DNA of 64,000 nucleotides from Eledone cirrhosa (taxonomy: Eukaryota). Each line of letters begins with the position of its first letter. The first letter of the stretch is position 1. The stretch lies in the NCBI GenBank assembly GCA_964016885.1, contig OZ024740.1, positions 201,810,001 to 201,874,000 of the forward strand. Direction: 5' to 3'. Positions 13,651 to 26,790 of the stretch are shown here, in pieces. Under the pieces are notes generated by a model that was not told the origin of the DNA, ran no database searches, and worked only from the letters and a program-made list of their open reading frames with translations. The position numbers were made by a program, and so were the translations under genes.

Positions 13651-14564
13651 TCATCATCATTTAACGTCCATTTTCCACACTAGCATGGGTCTGGACGGGA
13701 ATTGCCTTACTTGAGGCAAGATTGGTTGTCTTGCTCAGGACTGTCTGCCCTTCTTAACACCAACCACATTTACAGTGTGGACTGGGAGGTTTTTACCATG
13801 TTACCTACACGGCCACATTACAGCCTGGACTGTGTGTTTTTTTGTCATGACACCTACACGGCCTCATTTATTTAGGACTGGATGTTGTGGTACCAACATG
13901 GCTTTACATCGAAAGGGGTGGTGTAGATGGCGGAGGTGGTAGGGTTTGGACGGGGGTGTATTTTGGTTAAGAGGTGCCTACTGACTGTAGGTGTCGCTTT
14001 GTACTTAGGCAAGGCGGGTCTTCTGTATTACTACGTAGCGCCAAAGATCTCAGTCCAGTGACATTGTCTTGGAGGGGTGTAAGTGTGTGAGGTCGGATTT
14101 TATCAAGTCGTCCCAGGTTTTTCTCGGTCTGCCTATTCCGTAGCTACCGTCTATTTTGATCGCCCTGCACTTTTTGATACAGCTGTCATCTTTCATGCGC
14201 ATCACGTGACCATACCAACGTAGTCTTCTCTCGAGTAAACAGCATCTGATTCCTCTTATTCCTAATTTCTCACTTAGTTCATTTATGCTTTGCCGTTCGC
14301 GTATATTACTATTACACATCCAACGGAGCATGCAAGCTTCGTTCCTCTCCAGTCTGCGTAGATCCTCTGCACACAAGGCCCATGTCTCACTGCCATGTAA
14401 CATCGCTGTTCGTATGCAGGCATCATACAGCCTGCCTTTTATTTTTAGAGAGAAACCTTTAGCGGCCAATAGTGGTATAAGCTCTGAACTTTTTCCATCC
14501 CGTTCGGACTCTAGCTACAGTACTTTCGGAGCACCCTCCACCACTGCTGATTTTGTCACCCAGG
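13648..14564 (-). mobile_element. 5'-truncated RTE LINE family B (ORF C-terminus plus 3'UTR)
   Basis: ORF 14050-14469 nearly identical to the C-terminus of 58868-61870; (CAT)n tail abuts (TA)n; (TA)n also at the 5' junction. Confidence 0.92.
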
Positions 14565-14749
14565 TATATATATATAGTCTTTATATATATATATAGTCTT
14601 TCATCACTTTAAAAAAAATCTTCACGCACAGGCATTGCATGATAGAATTAATGATGGTATATTGTGCAATACACACACACATATATATAATGATGATATA
14701 TTTTGGGACATCCAAGTGGACTAAAATGGCTTTTACAAATCCCTAATAT

Positions 14750-15990
14750 AGACTACTTCTCTAGTAAATAACAAGGAACTATTAATCATATTAAGTGACT
14801 TTAATGGACATGTTGGACAACATAGTGATGGCTTCTACAGGATATATGGTGGGTACATGTTTGGTGTAAGAAATTATGAGGGATCCAAGCTCCTTGAATT
14901 CTGAAACGCTAATGAACTGATGATCAGTAACACCAACTTCAAAAAACCTGACAACCACTTGATCACCTATAAATCGGGTGAGCACACCAGCCAAATAGAT
15001 TTCATTCTCACCAGAAATCAAGATAGAGTGATGGTCGTAAACACAAAGCGTGCACCTCCTAGCCGAACCTGATAGTCTGTGACTTGCTAATCAGAACCAG
15101 GCGAACTTAGAGACAGAGGGCAACCTGGAGAAGGATATAGAAGTTAAAGGAGCCCTCAGTCTGTAACATATTTAAGGATATCTTACTTGACACTTTTTAC
15201 AATAAGGAAAAAATAGTAACATATGGTATAGAGGAGCAATGGTGTTCCTGAAAGAATCTACTGAATGCCACAAATGAGGTATGTGGATGGAACAGAGGTC
15301 CGGGGAGTAGAAGAGTGACTTGGTGGTGGAACAGTAGAGTAGATGAAACAATTAAGACCAAGAGACGGGCATGGAAGGAATGGCAAAATCAGGGTAGCAG
15401 AGACAGGCGAGGCGACAAGTATACTTTGCAAGGAAGGAAGGGGAAAGTAAAAAATTTATGAATGTTATGTGGCATGATGACCAAAGACACAAGGTATTTA
15501 GAATTGTAAGGCAGTGTGTCAGGGAAAATGGTGACATTATGGGAGAGAAGTGTGTTCAAGATGACAAAGGTACACTTGCCTTTACTGAAACTGAAAAGAA
15601 AGCAGCATGGGAGTGTCATTATGAGAGACAGATGAATGAGGAGAATGTGAGAGAAGAAGATCGCCAGCCCCAGGTGAACCCTACAGAGGGACCAGCGGTA
15701 CAAGACAGCAACAGTGTAGTAAGTAAGGCAATTAAGGATATAAAAACAGGCAAAGCAGTGGGACCATCAGGAATAGCCGCTGAGATGCTGAAAGCATCTG
15801 GGACAGTAGAACACACCATAACTACCTGTAAATGTGGTTGACATTAGGAAGGGCATCCAGCCATAGAAACTAAGCCAAAATCAGTTATGTATGAGCCAGA
15901 CACAGTCACCTGATCTGGCTTGTCTCACAACGGGACAACTCGTCTAACCAATGCTAGTATGGGAAAATGGACATTAAACGGTGATGAAGA
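14750..15990 (+). pseudogene. Older degenerate RTE LINE (endonuclease to pre-RT region) joined to the shared 3' module
   Basis: Decayed DFNGHVG, HLITYKSGEHTSQIDFIL, VTWWW and KTGKAVGPSGIAAEMLKA with frameshifts and stops; then AGGAAGGGCATCCAG segment and tail at 15826-15990. Confidence 0.85.
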
Positions 15991-16220
15991 TTATAGGCGT
16001 GTGGCTGAGTGGTTAGAGAATTGGATTCGCAATTGTGAGGTTGTGAGTTTGATTCCTGAACGAGGCGATGCGTTATGTCCTTGAGCAAGACACTTTATTT
16101 CACATTGCTCCTTCTACCTGGAGTTGCGACCAATAGATAGTATTAGCAATTGGAAAGACCAACGGAAACATTGTTTCCTCAGTCCGATTTGACAAAAGTA
16201 GATCGTTCCTTATATATATA

Positions 16221-16655
16221 GTGAAGGCACATGGCTTAGTGGTTAGAGCATTGGGCTTGCAATCGAAAGGTTGTCAGTTCAATTCTCAGACTGGGTGATG
16301 TGTTGTTTCCTTGAGCAAGACACTTTATTTCACATTGCTCCAGTTAACTCAGCTGCAGAAATGAGATGTTAGGACTGGGGTCCCTATCATTCCACTGCAA
16401 AGTGGTTGTGGAGGTACCATGGCAAAAAAGCACCCAGCCCACACTGTAAAGTGGACGTGTAGGCGCCACGGAAAAAATGCACCCAGCACTCACTGTAAAT
16501 GAGGTTGGTGTTAGGAAGGGCATCCAGCTGTAGAAATCAAGCCAGAATCAGTTCCCGTATGAGCAAGACAAGGTCAGCCGACCGGATACTGCCCACAACA
16601 GGACAACCGGTCTAACCCATGCTAGCGTGGAAGAACGGACGTAAAATGGTGATGA

Positions 16656-16659
<4 letters not shown>
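16221..16659 (+). mobile_element. tRNA-head, CORE-like SINE (family B) with RTE-type 3' tail
   Basis: TGGCTTAGTGG A-box, GTTCAATTC B-box, CORE-like CCTTGAGCAAGACACTT, terminal hairpin, (GAT)n tail; flanked by (TA)n. Confidence 0.88.
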
Positions 16660-16691
<32 letters not shown>

Positions 16692-16692
<1 letters not shown>

Positions 16693-16892
16693 CATCATCA
16701 TCATCGTTTAACGTCTATCTTCCACGCTAGCATGGGTTAGACGGGAGTTCTCCCACTTGACGCAAGATTGGTCGGGTGACCTTGTCTTGCTCGTATAGGA
16801 CTATCTGGCAGGTTTTCTACGGCTGGATGCCCTTCTTAACACCAACCACCTTTACAGTGTGGACTGGGAGCTTTTTACCGTGTTACCTATAT
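16692..16892 (-). mobile_element. 3' end of RTE family B / shared module, tail-to-tail with the SINE at 16221
   Basis: Matches 55883-56085; separated from the preceding SINE only by (TA)n. Confidence 0.85.
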
Positions 16893-17428
16893 GGATTTGG
16901 GAGACAGAAACTGTGAAAATCTAACACCAAACTGACCCTGGTTCTAAAGAATATTTTAAACTGTTTATAGTTATCTAAATGCCATCATAATTTTATGTGA
17001 GAACCTTTGTTAGATTATAACCCAAACAACAAATAAATAATGAAAAGGTTATATTACTAAATCCCTCCAAATTCTTGAGAAATTTTACAATTGCTTAGAA
17101 TTTATAGGCAGTGTCTTTTCTTATAAATATGGTAATGGCAGGGTTAAATAAGTTTAAGAACAGATTATGCATTGAGTACTATCTTTTTCTTTTGTAGTCA
17201 TCATCATTTCTATTTTACATCCATTGCCTCCCTACAGGTCTGGGCTGGATACATCTTTCTATTCATTACAGTCTATAGTCATTGAAACAAATACAGCAAC
17301 ACAGATCAACTAATTTTGTAGGTGTGTTCATTATTTTTTTCAATAGTTTTTTCAGAACTAGGTACCCTTTCTATCACTAACCACAATATAGATGAAGGCA
17401 GAATGCAGTTTATCATGTAAATACACAC

Positions 17429-17682
<254 letters not shown>

Positions 17683-17700
17683 ATTTATCATTAGTACAGA

Positions 17701-17755
17701 TTAAAAGTTCAAGCAAAGAATTTCTGCTTTCACCCTATTATGGGATCTTCGGAAA
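17701..17755 (-). CDS. Candidate alternative terminal exon (FRRSHNRVKAEILCLNF*)
   Basis: Acceptor TTTTTCTCAG| at 17756; the phase-2 start fits the exon at 34505-34549; ends in TAA. Confidence 0.2.
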
Positions 17756-18099
17756 CTGAGAAAAATCAATCTGTAGATGCAAAAGTAAGACATTACGCCG
17801 GTTTGTGAATACATTATGTGTGTATGAATGTATGGGACATTAAGTGAAATGTGCTCCCTTAAACAGTCTAATAGCTCAGATTAAGTAATAACCTGGTCAT
17901 TATGACCTGTCCAATTAATGCCACTGTGGCAAACAGCCATAAAATAATGATAACACACACACACATGCATCTGTATATAATAATGAAGCTGTAGATACCT
18001 ATGCATATTTTTAATGTTGATAGTATTGGAAATAATCAAAGACACCATTTATTTTCATAAAGAGTTAATATATTAAACAAACATATATTAATCATAACA

Positions 18100-18410
18100 T
18101 AGATATGACTGAATGGTTAAAGAGTTCGTTCTGCAACCATATGGTTTTGTGTTCAGCCCCACAGAGTGACACATTGGGAAAGGGTCATCTACTGTAGCCT
18201 CAGATTAACCAATACCTTGAGAGTGAAATTTGGTAGATGGAAATTGTGGAAACCCTACATTTATGTGTGTGGCCCCATTGTTTACCATTTGTTTATGTAA
18301 TACATTACATGAATACTGGGGTCGATATGGTCAACTAAAATACTTTCCAGGTGGTACCCCAGCATGGCCACAGTCAAATGACTGAAATCAGTAAAAGAAT
18401 AAAAGAAAAT
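18100..18410 (+). mobile_element. Older tRNA-derived SINE (family D)
   Basis: tRNA-like head and tail CCAGCATGGCCACAGTCAAATGACTGAAA; related copies near 25515-25860, 22560-22690 and 35990-36140. Confidence 0.7.
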
Positions 18411-18809
18411 GTTAAGCATTCTTTTGAAAGTGGATCTCTTAGCAATTAAATCTTTGTTAATGAATCAAGTGGACGAACACTCAGATTATTGAACATCAAT
18501 TAATGGCCCATAATACGGAGAGACTAATTAATCTAATTGTCAACTTGATCATAACGAGCCATTCTAAAGGCTCTATAGTCTGACAGTAATTCTAGGTGTT
18601 TCTATCAATAAAACCACCCATATCATATCTTATCAAACATCTATTTACAGCCAGAACCATACACATAAACAAAATGTGGTGAGAAACAAAACAGATTAAT
18701 TATGACCCTATCTGAACTGAGGAAGGGTGAACTGGATCAATGCTGACAGGTACAAGAGCACTTGCATAAGCATATTACTATCGTTACTCTCTCTCTCTCT
18801 CATATATAC

Positions 18810-19002
18810 AATAATAATTGTTTCTACTTTTTGGCACAAGGCCAGCAATTATCTCAGTGCATTACTGGTACTTTATTTTATCGACCCTGTAAGGATGAAA
18901 GGCAAAATTAACTTTGGTGCAATTTTAATTTAGACCATAAAGAGCCATAACTATGCTGCAAAGCATGGCATCTGACCCTTCACTGATACTGCCAATCAGC
19001 CG

Positions 19003-19038
<36 letters not shown>

Positions 19039-19220
19039 ATTGTTTCTACTATTGGCACAAGGCCAGCAATTACCCAGTACATTACTGGTACTTTATTTTA
19101 TCGACTCCGTAAGGATGAAAGGCAAAGTTAACCTTGGCGGGATTTGAACTCAGAATGGCAAGGGCCGTAACTATGCATCAAAGCATGGCGTCCGATCCTC
19201 TACCGATACTGCCAATCCAC
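18810..19220 (-). mobile_element. Two tandem SINE family A copies (18810-19004, 19034-19220) separated by (TA)n
   Basis: Reverse complement of the family A consensus, twice. Confidence 0.88.
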
Positions 19221-19344
19221 TGAATAATGTAAAAATAGCAAAGACAAAAATTGATTGATACAGCATATTCATACAGAATATTTACATGGATATATGGAGG
19301 GATGGACAAACAGATAGATATAATACTTATTACTAATAGTAGGT

Positions 19345-19650
19345 GGAGACATCTGGCTTAGTGGTTTGAGTGTTCATCCCACGATTGAAATGTCATAAGT
19401 GCAAATTCCAGCAATACACTACGGCCTTCAGCAAGACAATTTCACATAGCTCCTGTACACTCAGGTGACAAACATGGACTGTAGCTGAAATTTAAAGGAC
19501 CAGCTTTAACCCACACAGTTTCACACTGAATCTCCCTGAGAACTACATTAAGGGTATCCATACCTGCAGAATGCTCAGTCACTTGCACATTAATTTCACA
19601 AATAGGTTGTTTTATTGTTTGAACAGCTGGAACTGATGGAAGTCCAATAA
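19345..19650 (+). mobile_element. SINE with tRNA/CORE-like head and distinct body (CTGAATCTCCCTGAGAACTAC)
   Basis: Body also seen at about 8990-9105 (+) and 4510-4660 (-). Confidence 0.65.
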
Positions 19651-19722
19651 TTATTAATAGAGTCTGTTTATTTTGCCAATACATGTAATATCAGTGAAAC
19701 TTCATAGTAAACAGTGTCTTTT

Positions 19723-19910
19723 AATAATTGTTTCTACTTTTGGCACAAGGCCAGCAATTATCCCAGTACATTACTGGTACTTTATTTTATCGATCACGTA
19801 AAGATGAAAAGCAAAGTTAACCTCAGCGGGATTTGAACTCAGTTCGTAAAGGGGCGTAACTATGCTGGAAAGCATGTCGTCGAACCCCCTACCGATACTG
19901 CCAATCCACC
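19723..19910 (-). mobile_element. SINE family A
   Basis: Reverse complement of the family A consensus. Confidence 0.85.
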
Positions 19911-19989
19911 AATACTAAATATAAAACATATCTGAATGAAAATCAGTGCTGCAAAGACAGACACTCATCCTCTCAAGAAAACCTATGCA

Positions 19990-20635
19990 GTGCACTTTAC
20001 ATGGGAGTGGAGTTCCACTGAAGCAAGTGGAGAGGTTCTAGTATCTTGGGGCCATTTTCATAAATGATAGGAGGCTGAATTAAATGCAAGAATTGCAGGA
20101 GCTGGTGTAGTAATTCACCAGCTTCAGCTCTCAGTCATCAGAAGCAGGGAGGTAGGTGTAAAAGCCAAATGCACTTTCTCCAATTCAGTGTTCGTGCCTA
20201 CCCTTACCTCTGGCTATGTATCTTGGGTAATAACTGAAAAAATATGACCGTGAAAACAAGTGGCCTAAATGGGATTCCTCCAAAGCATCTTTGGAATAAT
20301 GTTACTCAATAGGGTGCATAGCTCAGAGATTAGAGAGTCACACAAGGTAGAACGAATACTTCTCTGAATCGAGAGATCACAGCTCCGAAACTACAGAGAT
20401 ATGATTAGAATATCTAAGGAAAGAATCGCTGGTCAGATTTTACAGGGAAAGCCAACTGGTGGAAGACCCTGAGGGAGACTACAAGCAAGATGGTTGGATA
20501 ACATCCATGAACTCGGTCTTGCTTATGGATCCAGCCAGATTGAGGAGAGAAAGTTGCTTCTGATAGGACCCTCTGGAAGGTATGCATGAAGACTCAGCAC
20601 CCACACTCTACCAGGAATAAAAGGTTGAAGAAGAT
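19990..20635 (+). pseudogene. Expander/REX3-like RTE LINE 3' fragment
   Basis: Decayed LKQVERF*YLG, FVPTLTSG, RVHSSEIRE, VERILL*IERSQLR and GKPTGGRP*GR, resembling the Expander/REX3 C-terminus; distinct from the young RTEs here. Confidence 0.75.
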
Positions 20636-20763
20636 ATCTGAATAATTCATTCAATACCTATTTGTGTACTTGAGGACACAAAGCTATAAAAAAAAGCATG
20701 TATATACCCATGCCAGCATCGAGGATGTAAAACAATGATAATGATTATATATGTATGCATGTA

Positions 20764-20836
<73 letters not shown>

Positions 20837-21454
20837 CCTTTGTATAGTATTGTTTTCTACTTGTGTGAAAGAATGATTGTAAACAATGAATGTAAAGAAT
20901 GTAGGTCAGAGACTTGAATGTTGAACCAAACACAGGTCTATATTTAAATTCCAAACCAACATCAAATTCTAGTCTACAGAAATTCTTCATTGAAATATTA
21001 AAATATAAAATTTATAGAGAAAGAACTACTGCTACGAGGAACAATTTATTTTTATATATACTGAAATGATTTTATATATGATTTCTATTTGATCACCAAC
21101 CGTACATTAAAACACCATATTATTTTAGATATAAGAAGTGTTTGAGATGCACTCTTGTATTCCAAGATTTTTGGGAGGAGTGGGTGATGTAGCAGTATTT
21201 CAAATTTTCTATTCAGTGCAAAGGATTGAGAGGACTCTTCAGTTGTGTCAAGGGCATGATAATCTTCCTAGTGCTGGTGCCACAATAAAATGCACTCAGT
21301 ACAGTCCATAAAGTGGTTGGCATTAGAGAGGGTATCCACCTGTAGAATCCAAACCAAAACTGGAAGGTATGTAACAAGACATGTTTTAGTAACATGTCAG
21401 GCCTCAAGGCACAATTCAATGCCTGTAACTACTTATTCTTTACGCACTTAGTCT

Positions 21455-21742
21455 TGACAGGATCATGGAGGTAGAGTCCTCAAATATTCTTTCCAGTGAA
21501 TCCTGTCAGAAGCAACCGCCTCCAACTGATCCGGCTAGATCCCCAAGCGAGAACAGTCGAGATCATGGATGTTATCCAACCATCTTGCTCAGGGTCTACT
21601 CCTGGGTTTTATCCCGGTTGGTTTTACCCGTAAAATCTGTCCAGCGATTTGTTCCCCAGACATTCTAACCCCATGCCCATAATATCGGAGTTGTGATCTC
21701 TCAATTCGGAAAAGTAGCAGCTCTGCCATGAGCGACTCTCTG
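21455..21742 (-). mobile_element. Second Expander/REX3-like fragment, inverted relative to 19990-20635
   Basis: Reverse complement shares GAGAGATCACA.CTCCGA, AGCAAGATGGTTGGATAACATCCATGA and GTTGCTTCTGA. Confidence 0.75.
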
Positions 21743-21852
21743 TAACTGAGTAAGAAAATCGGAGAGCCTCTTATTTACAGGAAAAGATTCTCTCCTGAAC
21801 CAAAATGGCATCTGGTCAGTGGGGTTAAGTCCCAGCTGTTGCTGCTGGTCAC

Positions 21853-21883
<31 letters not shown>

Positions 21884-22038
21884 GCTAAGTGGACTGGAGG
21901 AATGTGAAATTAAGCATTTTACTCAAGAACACTACCGTTTCACTCATTCCAGGAATTAAAACTACAACCATATGATCATGAGTGTAACACCCTAACCATT
22001 AAGCCACAGGCCTTCACTATAAAGAAAATGGAACAAGT

Positions 22039-22109
22039 CACATTGGCTAGGAATTGAACTTAGACTGCCTACATGATAGGCGAGCATTCTACCAGTGAAC
22101 CACCGATGC
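22039..22109 (-). pseudogene. Decayed tRNA-Gly(GCC) gene
   Basis: 71 nt GCATCGGTGGTTCACTGGTAGAATGCTCGCCTATCATGTAGGCAGTCTAAGTTCAATTCCTAGCCAATGTG, colinear with the canonical invertebrate tRNA-Gly(GCC) as recalled; anticodon GCC mutated to ATC; TTTT run downstream. Confidence 0.85.
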
Positions 22110-22930
22110 TTAAAAAAAAATAAAAGGATGTGAAATAAATTAGAGCCATCTGACTTACATAAATGTGAAGGATTATCAACCTACTTAAATGCCTATTATC
22201 TAATCCCACAGACTAGGATAAGTTCTAGCTCTGTGAACTGGCCTCACTCATCCCCCTCATCATCATCATTTAATGTCTGTTTCCCTGCTAGCAAGGGTTG
22301 GATGGTTCATCAAAGGCTAAGTCAGTGGTTAAAGCTACAGACTGCTCAGATAAGCCAGGGGTCACATCTTTCTTACATACATTCCTGCACTCTGCATTTA
22401 TCATGGGAAGTTTGATATAACAATGGTGTTCTCTTGGCCTTTTGGATACCCTTCCTATTCCAAACCACTTTACAAGGTCTACCGAGTGTATTTTATTGTG
22501 TCAAATTCAACAAATATACGGAGAATATAGATCTTTAAACATTGCCAAAGTTTCTTATTTAGTTTTATTCATTTACTGATTTCAGTCATTAGACTATGGC
22601 CATGCTGGGGTACCACCTTTAAGAGATTTTGTCAATCATATGGACTCCAGTACTTTTTCAAGCCTGGTGCTAATTATATCAATCTCTTTTTATCAAGCTG
22701 CAAATACAGGCACATATCTACACTCTATATTTCAACAATTCCACTTATCCACAGCAATGGAATACTACTTTATCTGTCACCTTAAAAAAAATGAAAGGTA
22801 AAGTCGACTTCAATGAGATTTGAACAGAGAGCATAGAATTAGAACAAATACTATGAAACATCTAACTTGATACCCAAATGATTTGCCAATGCACTGCCTT
22901 ATCATTACAATAGTTAATTATTTGTTTCAA

Positions 22931-23126
22931 GGGTGGTGGATTGGCAGTATCGATAGAGAGTCGGACGCTATTCTTTGCAGCATAGAGTTACGGCCCTTTA
23001 TGGTTTCAGTTCAAATCCCGCCGAGGTTAACTTTGCCTTTCATCCTTACGGGGCCGATAAAATAAAGTACCAGTTATGCACTGGGGTAATTGCTGGACTT
23101 GTACCAAAAAGTAGAAACAATTATTT
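22931..23126 (+). mobile_element. SINE family A, full length
   Basis: GGGTGGTGGATTGGCAGTATCG...GTTCAAATCCCGCC...GTAGAAACAATTATT. Confidence 0.87.
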
Positions 23127-25211
23127 GTTTCAACCAAGTAATTTTGGTTATGGTGGATTAGAAATATAATCTATCTTATGCTTCTCAAATAGTTATTTCA
23201 CTCTTGAAAGTACAGTTCCAGAGATCTACACAGCTTTATTTCCAGGTCTCTCTTTCCTATCATATATCAGTCTTTCCAACAACAAAACAAAACTATGCCC
23301 AGTATACATGCTACTATCCAACCAAGACCACAAGTGTATGATGTCTGTATATATACTCTATAAGCAACACATTAGTATATAAAAGTAATCACTAGCTGTA
23401 TTTCAACAAATTCCTTTCGCTGCACTTACAACCTGAATGCTGCCAACGTTTTATGCAAAAATTTGGCTTCTTTTCAAACATGAAGAGTGCTTCCCATTTT
23501 TACCTACTTCACCACCCAACAGGTGGAGCTGAAGTCTTTCTAGAAAACTCTACATCTGGAACACTACTTCATTCCAAACATTAAAAAAAAAAAACCTGTT
23601 TTTTATGGTTGTTTCACTATGTTGCTAATTTTGGTCAATAAAAAAAATTAACCCTTATGATACAAAAAAAACAAAAGAGCTTACTGTCAGATTAGACCAA
23701 GGAAATTGTTTCCATTGGTTTTTCTATTGTTGATCTCATTTGTCAGTTGCAACACCTGGCAAAAAGAGGTGCGGTTTGAACTGAGAATTCCTAGAGCCAG
23801 ATCACATACTGCAAAACATCCAGTCCAACTAACAATTCCACCAATCCACTGCCCCAGGAATGATACTTTATTTATTGACTCCAAAAGGATGAAAGGCAAA
23901 GATGACCTCAGAGGGAGTTCATCTCAAGGAGCAGAGAGCTAAAACAAATACCAAGGCATTTAATCAAACACTAACAACTGCCTCTGATTTAAGTGTGTAT
24001 ATTTATCTAAAAATTCTCCATAATTTTATCTAAGAAACTCTGCTATGTTCCAAACATCAGTTTGATAATGAGAAAGTTAGTTATATTACTAAATCCTTCC
24101 AATACTAGCACCAAGTGCTAAACACTTTACTGGGGGCTCTAGGTGCATTTTGTCTATTTGTATCTATTTTATAACTTTTTATATATTTATTAATGATAAA
24201 TGAAACAAATCAAGTATTAAAAATCACAATCATCAGAGTTTTGTTTGGAGAATTTTCTCCATTTTGTTTGTTTTCCAGGCTAGAATGGGTTGGATCAGTT
24301 AGTGTGTTTAGACTGTTCAAAAAAAATCCTGCCTAACTTATACTTTTCATATTTGGCTGAGCTCTTTGGGAGGATGCTCTTCGCATGCCCACCACCTTAC
24401 AGAGTGGACTGGGAGCATTCTATCTATTTGTATCTATTTTATACCTTTTTATATATTAATTGATAAATGAAATAAAACCTATTTACATCAACAAATAAAA
24501 TTAATCTCCAATACTTGAAGGTTATTGAAGATAATCTAATTTATTAGCAATATAACACTATTTTGATCCTTATTACACTTACTCAACTAAGCAGTAGAGT
24601 TATTAGAGCAGAATGAGTTATTAGATTAAAATGACTTGTGGTATTTATTCCAGCTCTCTGAAATCTGTGTTCAAATCCTTTCAAAGTCAACATTGCGTTT
24701 CAGCCTTTTCGGAGTTGATAAATATAATACCAGTCCCGGATGGTAGATAGGCAGAATTGCAGGAGTGTTAGATGAGATGCCTTACAGTATTTGTTCTAGT
24801 TATTTGCATTTTCAATTCAAATCCTACTGTGACCTACATAGCTGGTAGACATAATTCATTGCCAAAGTTTAACACCACAACCTGGCCCATAAGTGCCTTG
24901 AGCTGAGTCCAATCTGTTGAAAGTATTCAGGCTAGATCTCCAGTTTGGGGATCACCAGTTATACATTTCCCCATTGGACTAAAAGCAGTAAAAAGAAAAC
25001 CATAATACTTAGTTTGGCAACAGTAGGCTTGTGGAAGAAAGTAAATATTTTTCCATTCGAAATGAAGCCGTATTCTTCAAAAAATGTATTTACTTTCCCT
25101 AGTAGTCTACAATGGCATATTTTTATAAAATTTGCACTGTAACTTTCTGTTGTTCTTGCCTTGCAAAAACAATTATATGAATTCAATATTTTGAAGTTTT
25201 TTTCAAGATAG

Positions 25212-25495
25212 GAAGGAGCATGGCCTAGTAGTAAAGGTGTTGGACTTGATCTTAATGTTGTGGGTTCAATTCCTGAACTGGATTGTGTGTTGTGTTCTTG
25301 AGCAAAACACTTCATTTCACATTCCTCCAGTATACTCAGCTGAAAATGAGTACCAGCAATAGCTGTTTAACCCTGCAATGGACTGGCGTCCTGTCCAGGG
25401 AGGAATCTTGTATTCTCAGTTGCTTCATGCCATAGAAACCAGGATAAGTATCAGCCTGATGAACCTCCTGGCTTGAGACAAACTTTAGACTTTAA
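25212..25495 (+). mobile_element. CORE-like SINE with a non-RTE-type tail
   Basis: A/B boxes and TTCTTGAGCAAAACACTTCATTTCAC; inverted sibling at 36630-36930. Confidence 0.75.
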
Positions 25496-26790
25496 ACTAA
25501 TTTTTACAATTTTATAGGTACTGGTATGGTTGTCTTGTAAAGAATTCACCCTGCAAGCATGTGGTTTTAGGGTCAGTCCCACAGCATGGCATCTACTATA
25601 TCCTCAGATTAGCCAATGCCTAGGTAGATGGAAATTATGTGGAAGTGTACCATATATATGTATGTATGTGTGCGTGTGTCTATTTATGTCCTGCAATTTA
25701 GCAGTTCAACAAAAAGAAATCAATATAATATGTACCACATTGGAAAAAATAGGTAGAGGTTTATATTATCAACTAAATCCCTTGAAAATGGTGCCCTAGT
25801 ATCACCACAGACAAATGACTGAAACAAGTAAAATAAATAAATAGATGAATAGAAAATAAATAAAAATAATAAAAATAAAAATTACAAATCTAAGAAATGT
25901 TTCAGTGAATTTTGTCAGATCTTCAAATGAGATCATAAGGAAGATTAGCCAGAGATAAATATTTTTTAAAATTTTCCTTTTTTGTTAGTAATCTTACACA
26001 GAAACTATATAATTGTCTATTATTCATTCTTGATTCTAAAGAACTGTTTACTGAATAGAATTTGTTCAAAATTTTAATGATATTTATCATCATCATCATC
26101 ATTTATTGCTCATTTTCCCAAACTGACATGGGCTAGACAGATCACCAAAGACTAAATCAATAGTAATCAGAGTTACTGTCCATTGAAACAGATCAGAGAA
26201 CCATGTCTCACGTTCCAGATTTGACATGGTCTCTACAGCTAGATGCTCTTCTTATCATCAACCACTTTACTGAGAGGATTGGGTACATTTTATTCTGGTG
26301 CAAAGACTATAACAATATTATTCAGAAAATACCAGGTACCTACTGTTAACATCATTATTTTCTACATCTATTTTTCCATGTTAGAATGGGTTGTACAAGA
26401 CAATTTTAAGGCCAAATTCAATTTTTTAAAATATTTATATAAAGCCTATTTTGATGCATGTAACAAACAGTCGATTTCACAACATGAATGTAAGCTTTTC
26501 ATGTGCTTTCAGACCTAGCTAAATCCTGGCACGTTTGTAGTAGGTATAGAACTAAATACATAGTGAGATTTGGGGGCATGATACCATTTCAATAAAATTT
26601 TAATAGACTATTAAAAATGGCTACAAACAAATTACAGTAATTAAAGGCCATCCGTCGCAAGCTTTTCATGCATTTTTAGACATGGCTATATTGTGATCCA
26701 TTATCTGTAAGGGGCCCAGTTTTGATACACGGGGTATAAAACCAAATCCTCTCTAAGTTTGGATCATTACAATACATTTAATAGGTATAC

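Noticed and set aside
21853-21885. T-run followed by a long G homopolymer as a G-quadruplex element
   Set aside because: Lies in a decayed SINE and homopolymer length is unreliable
22039-22109. Functional tRNA with ATC anticodon
   Set aside because: Stems carry many uncompensated transitions and the body is tRNA-Gly; best explained as a pseudogene
24120-24475. About 70-bp local direct duplication
   Set aside because: Ordinary short duplication next to SINE remnants; nothing further supports a function
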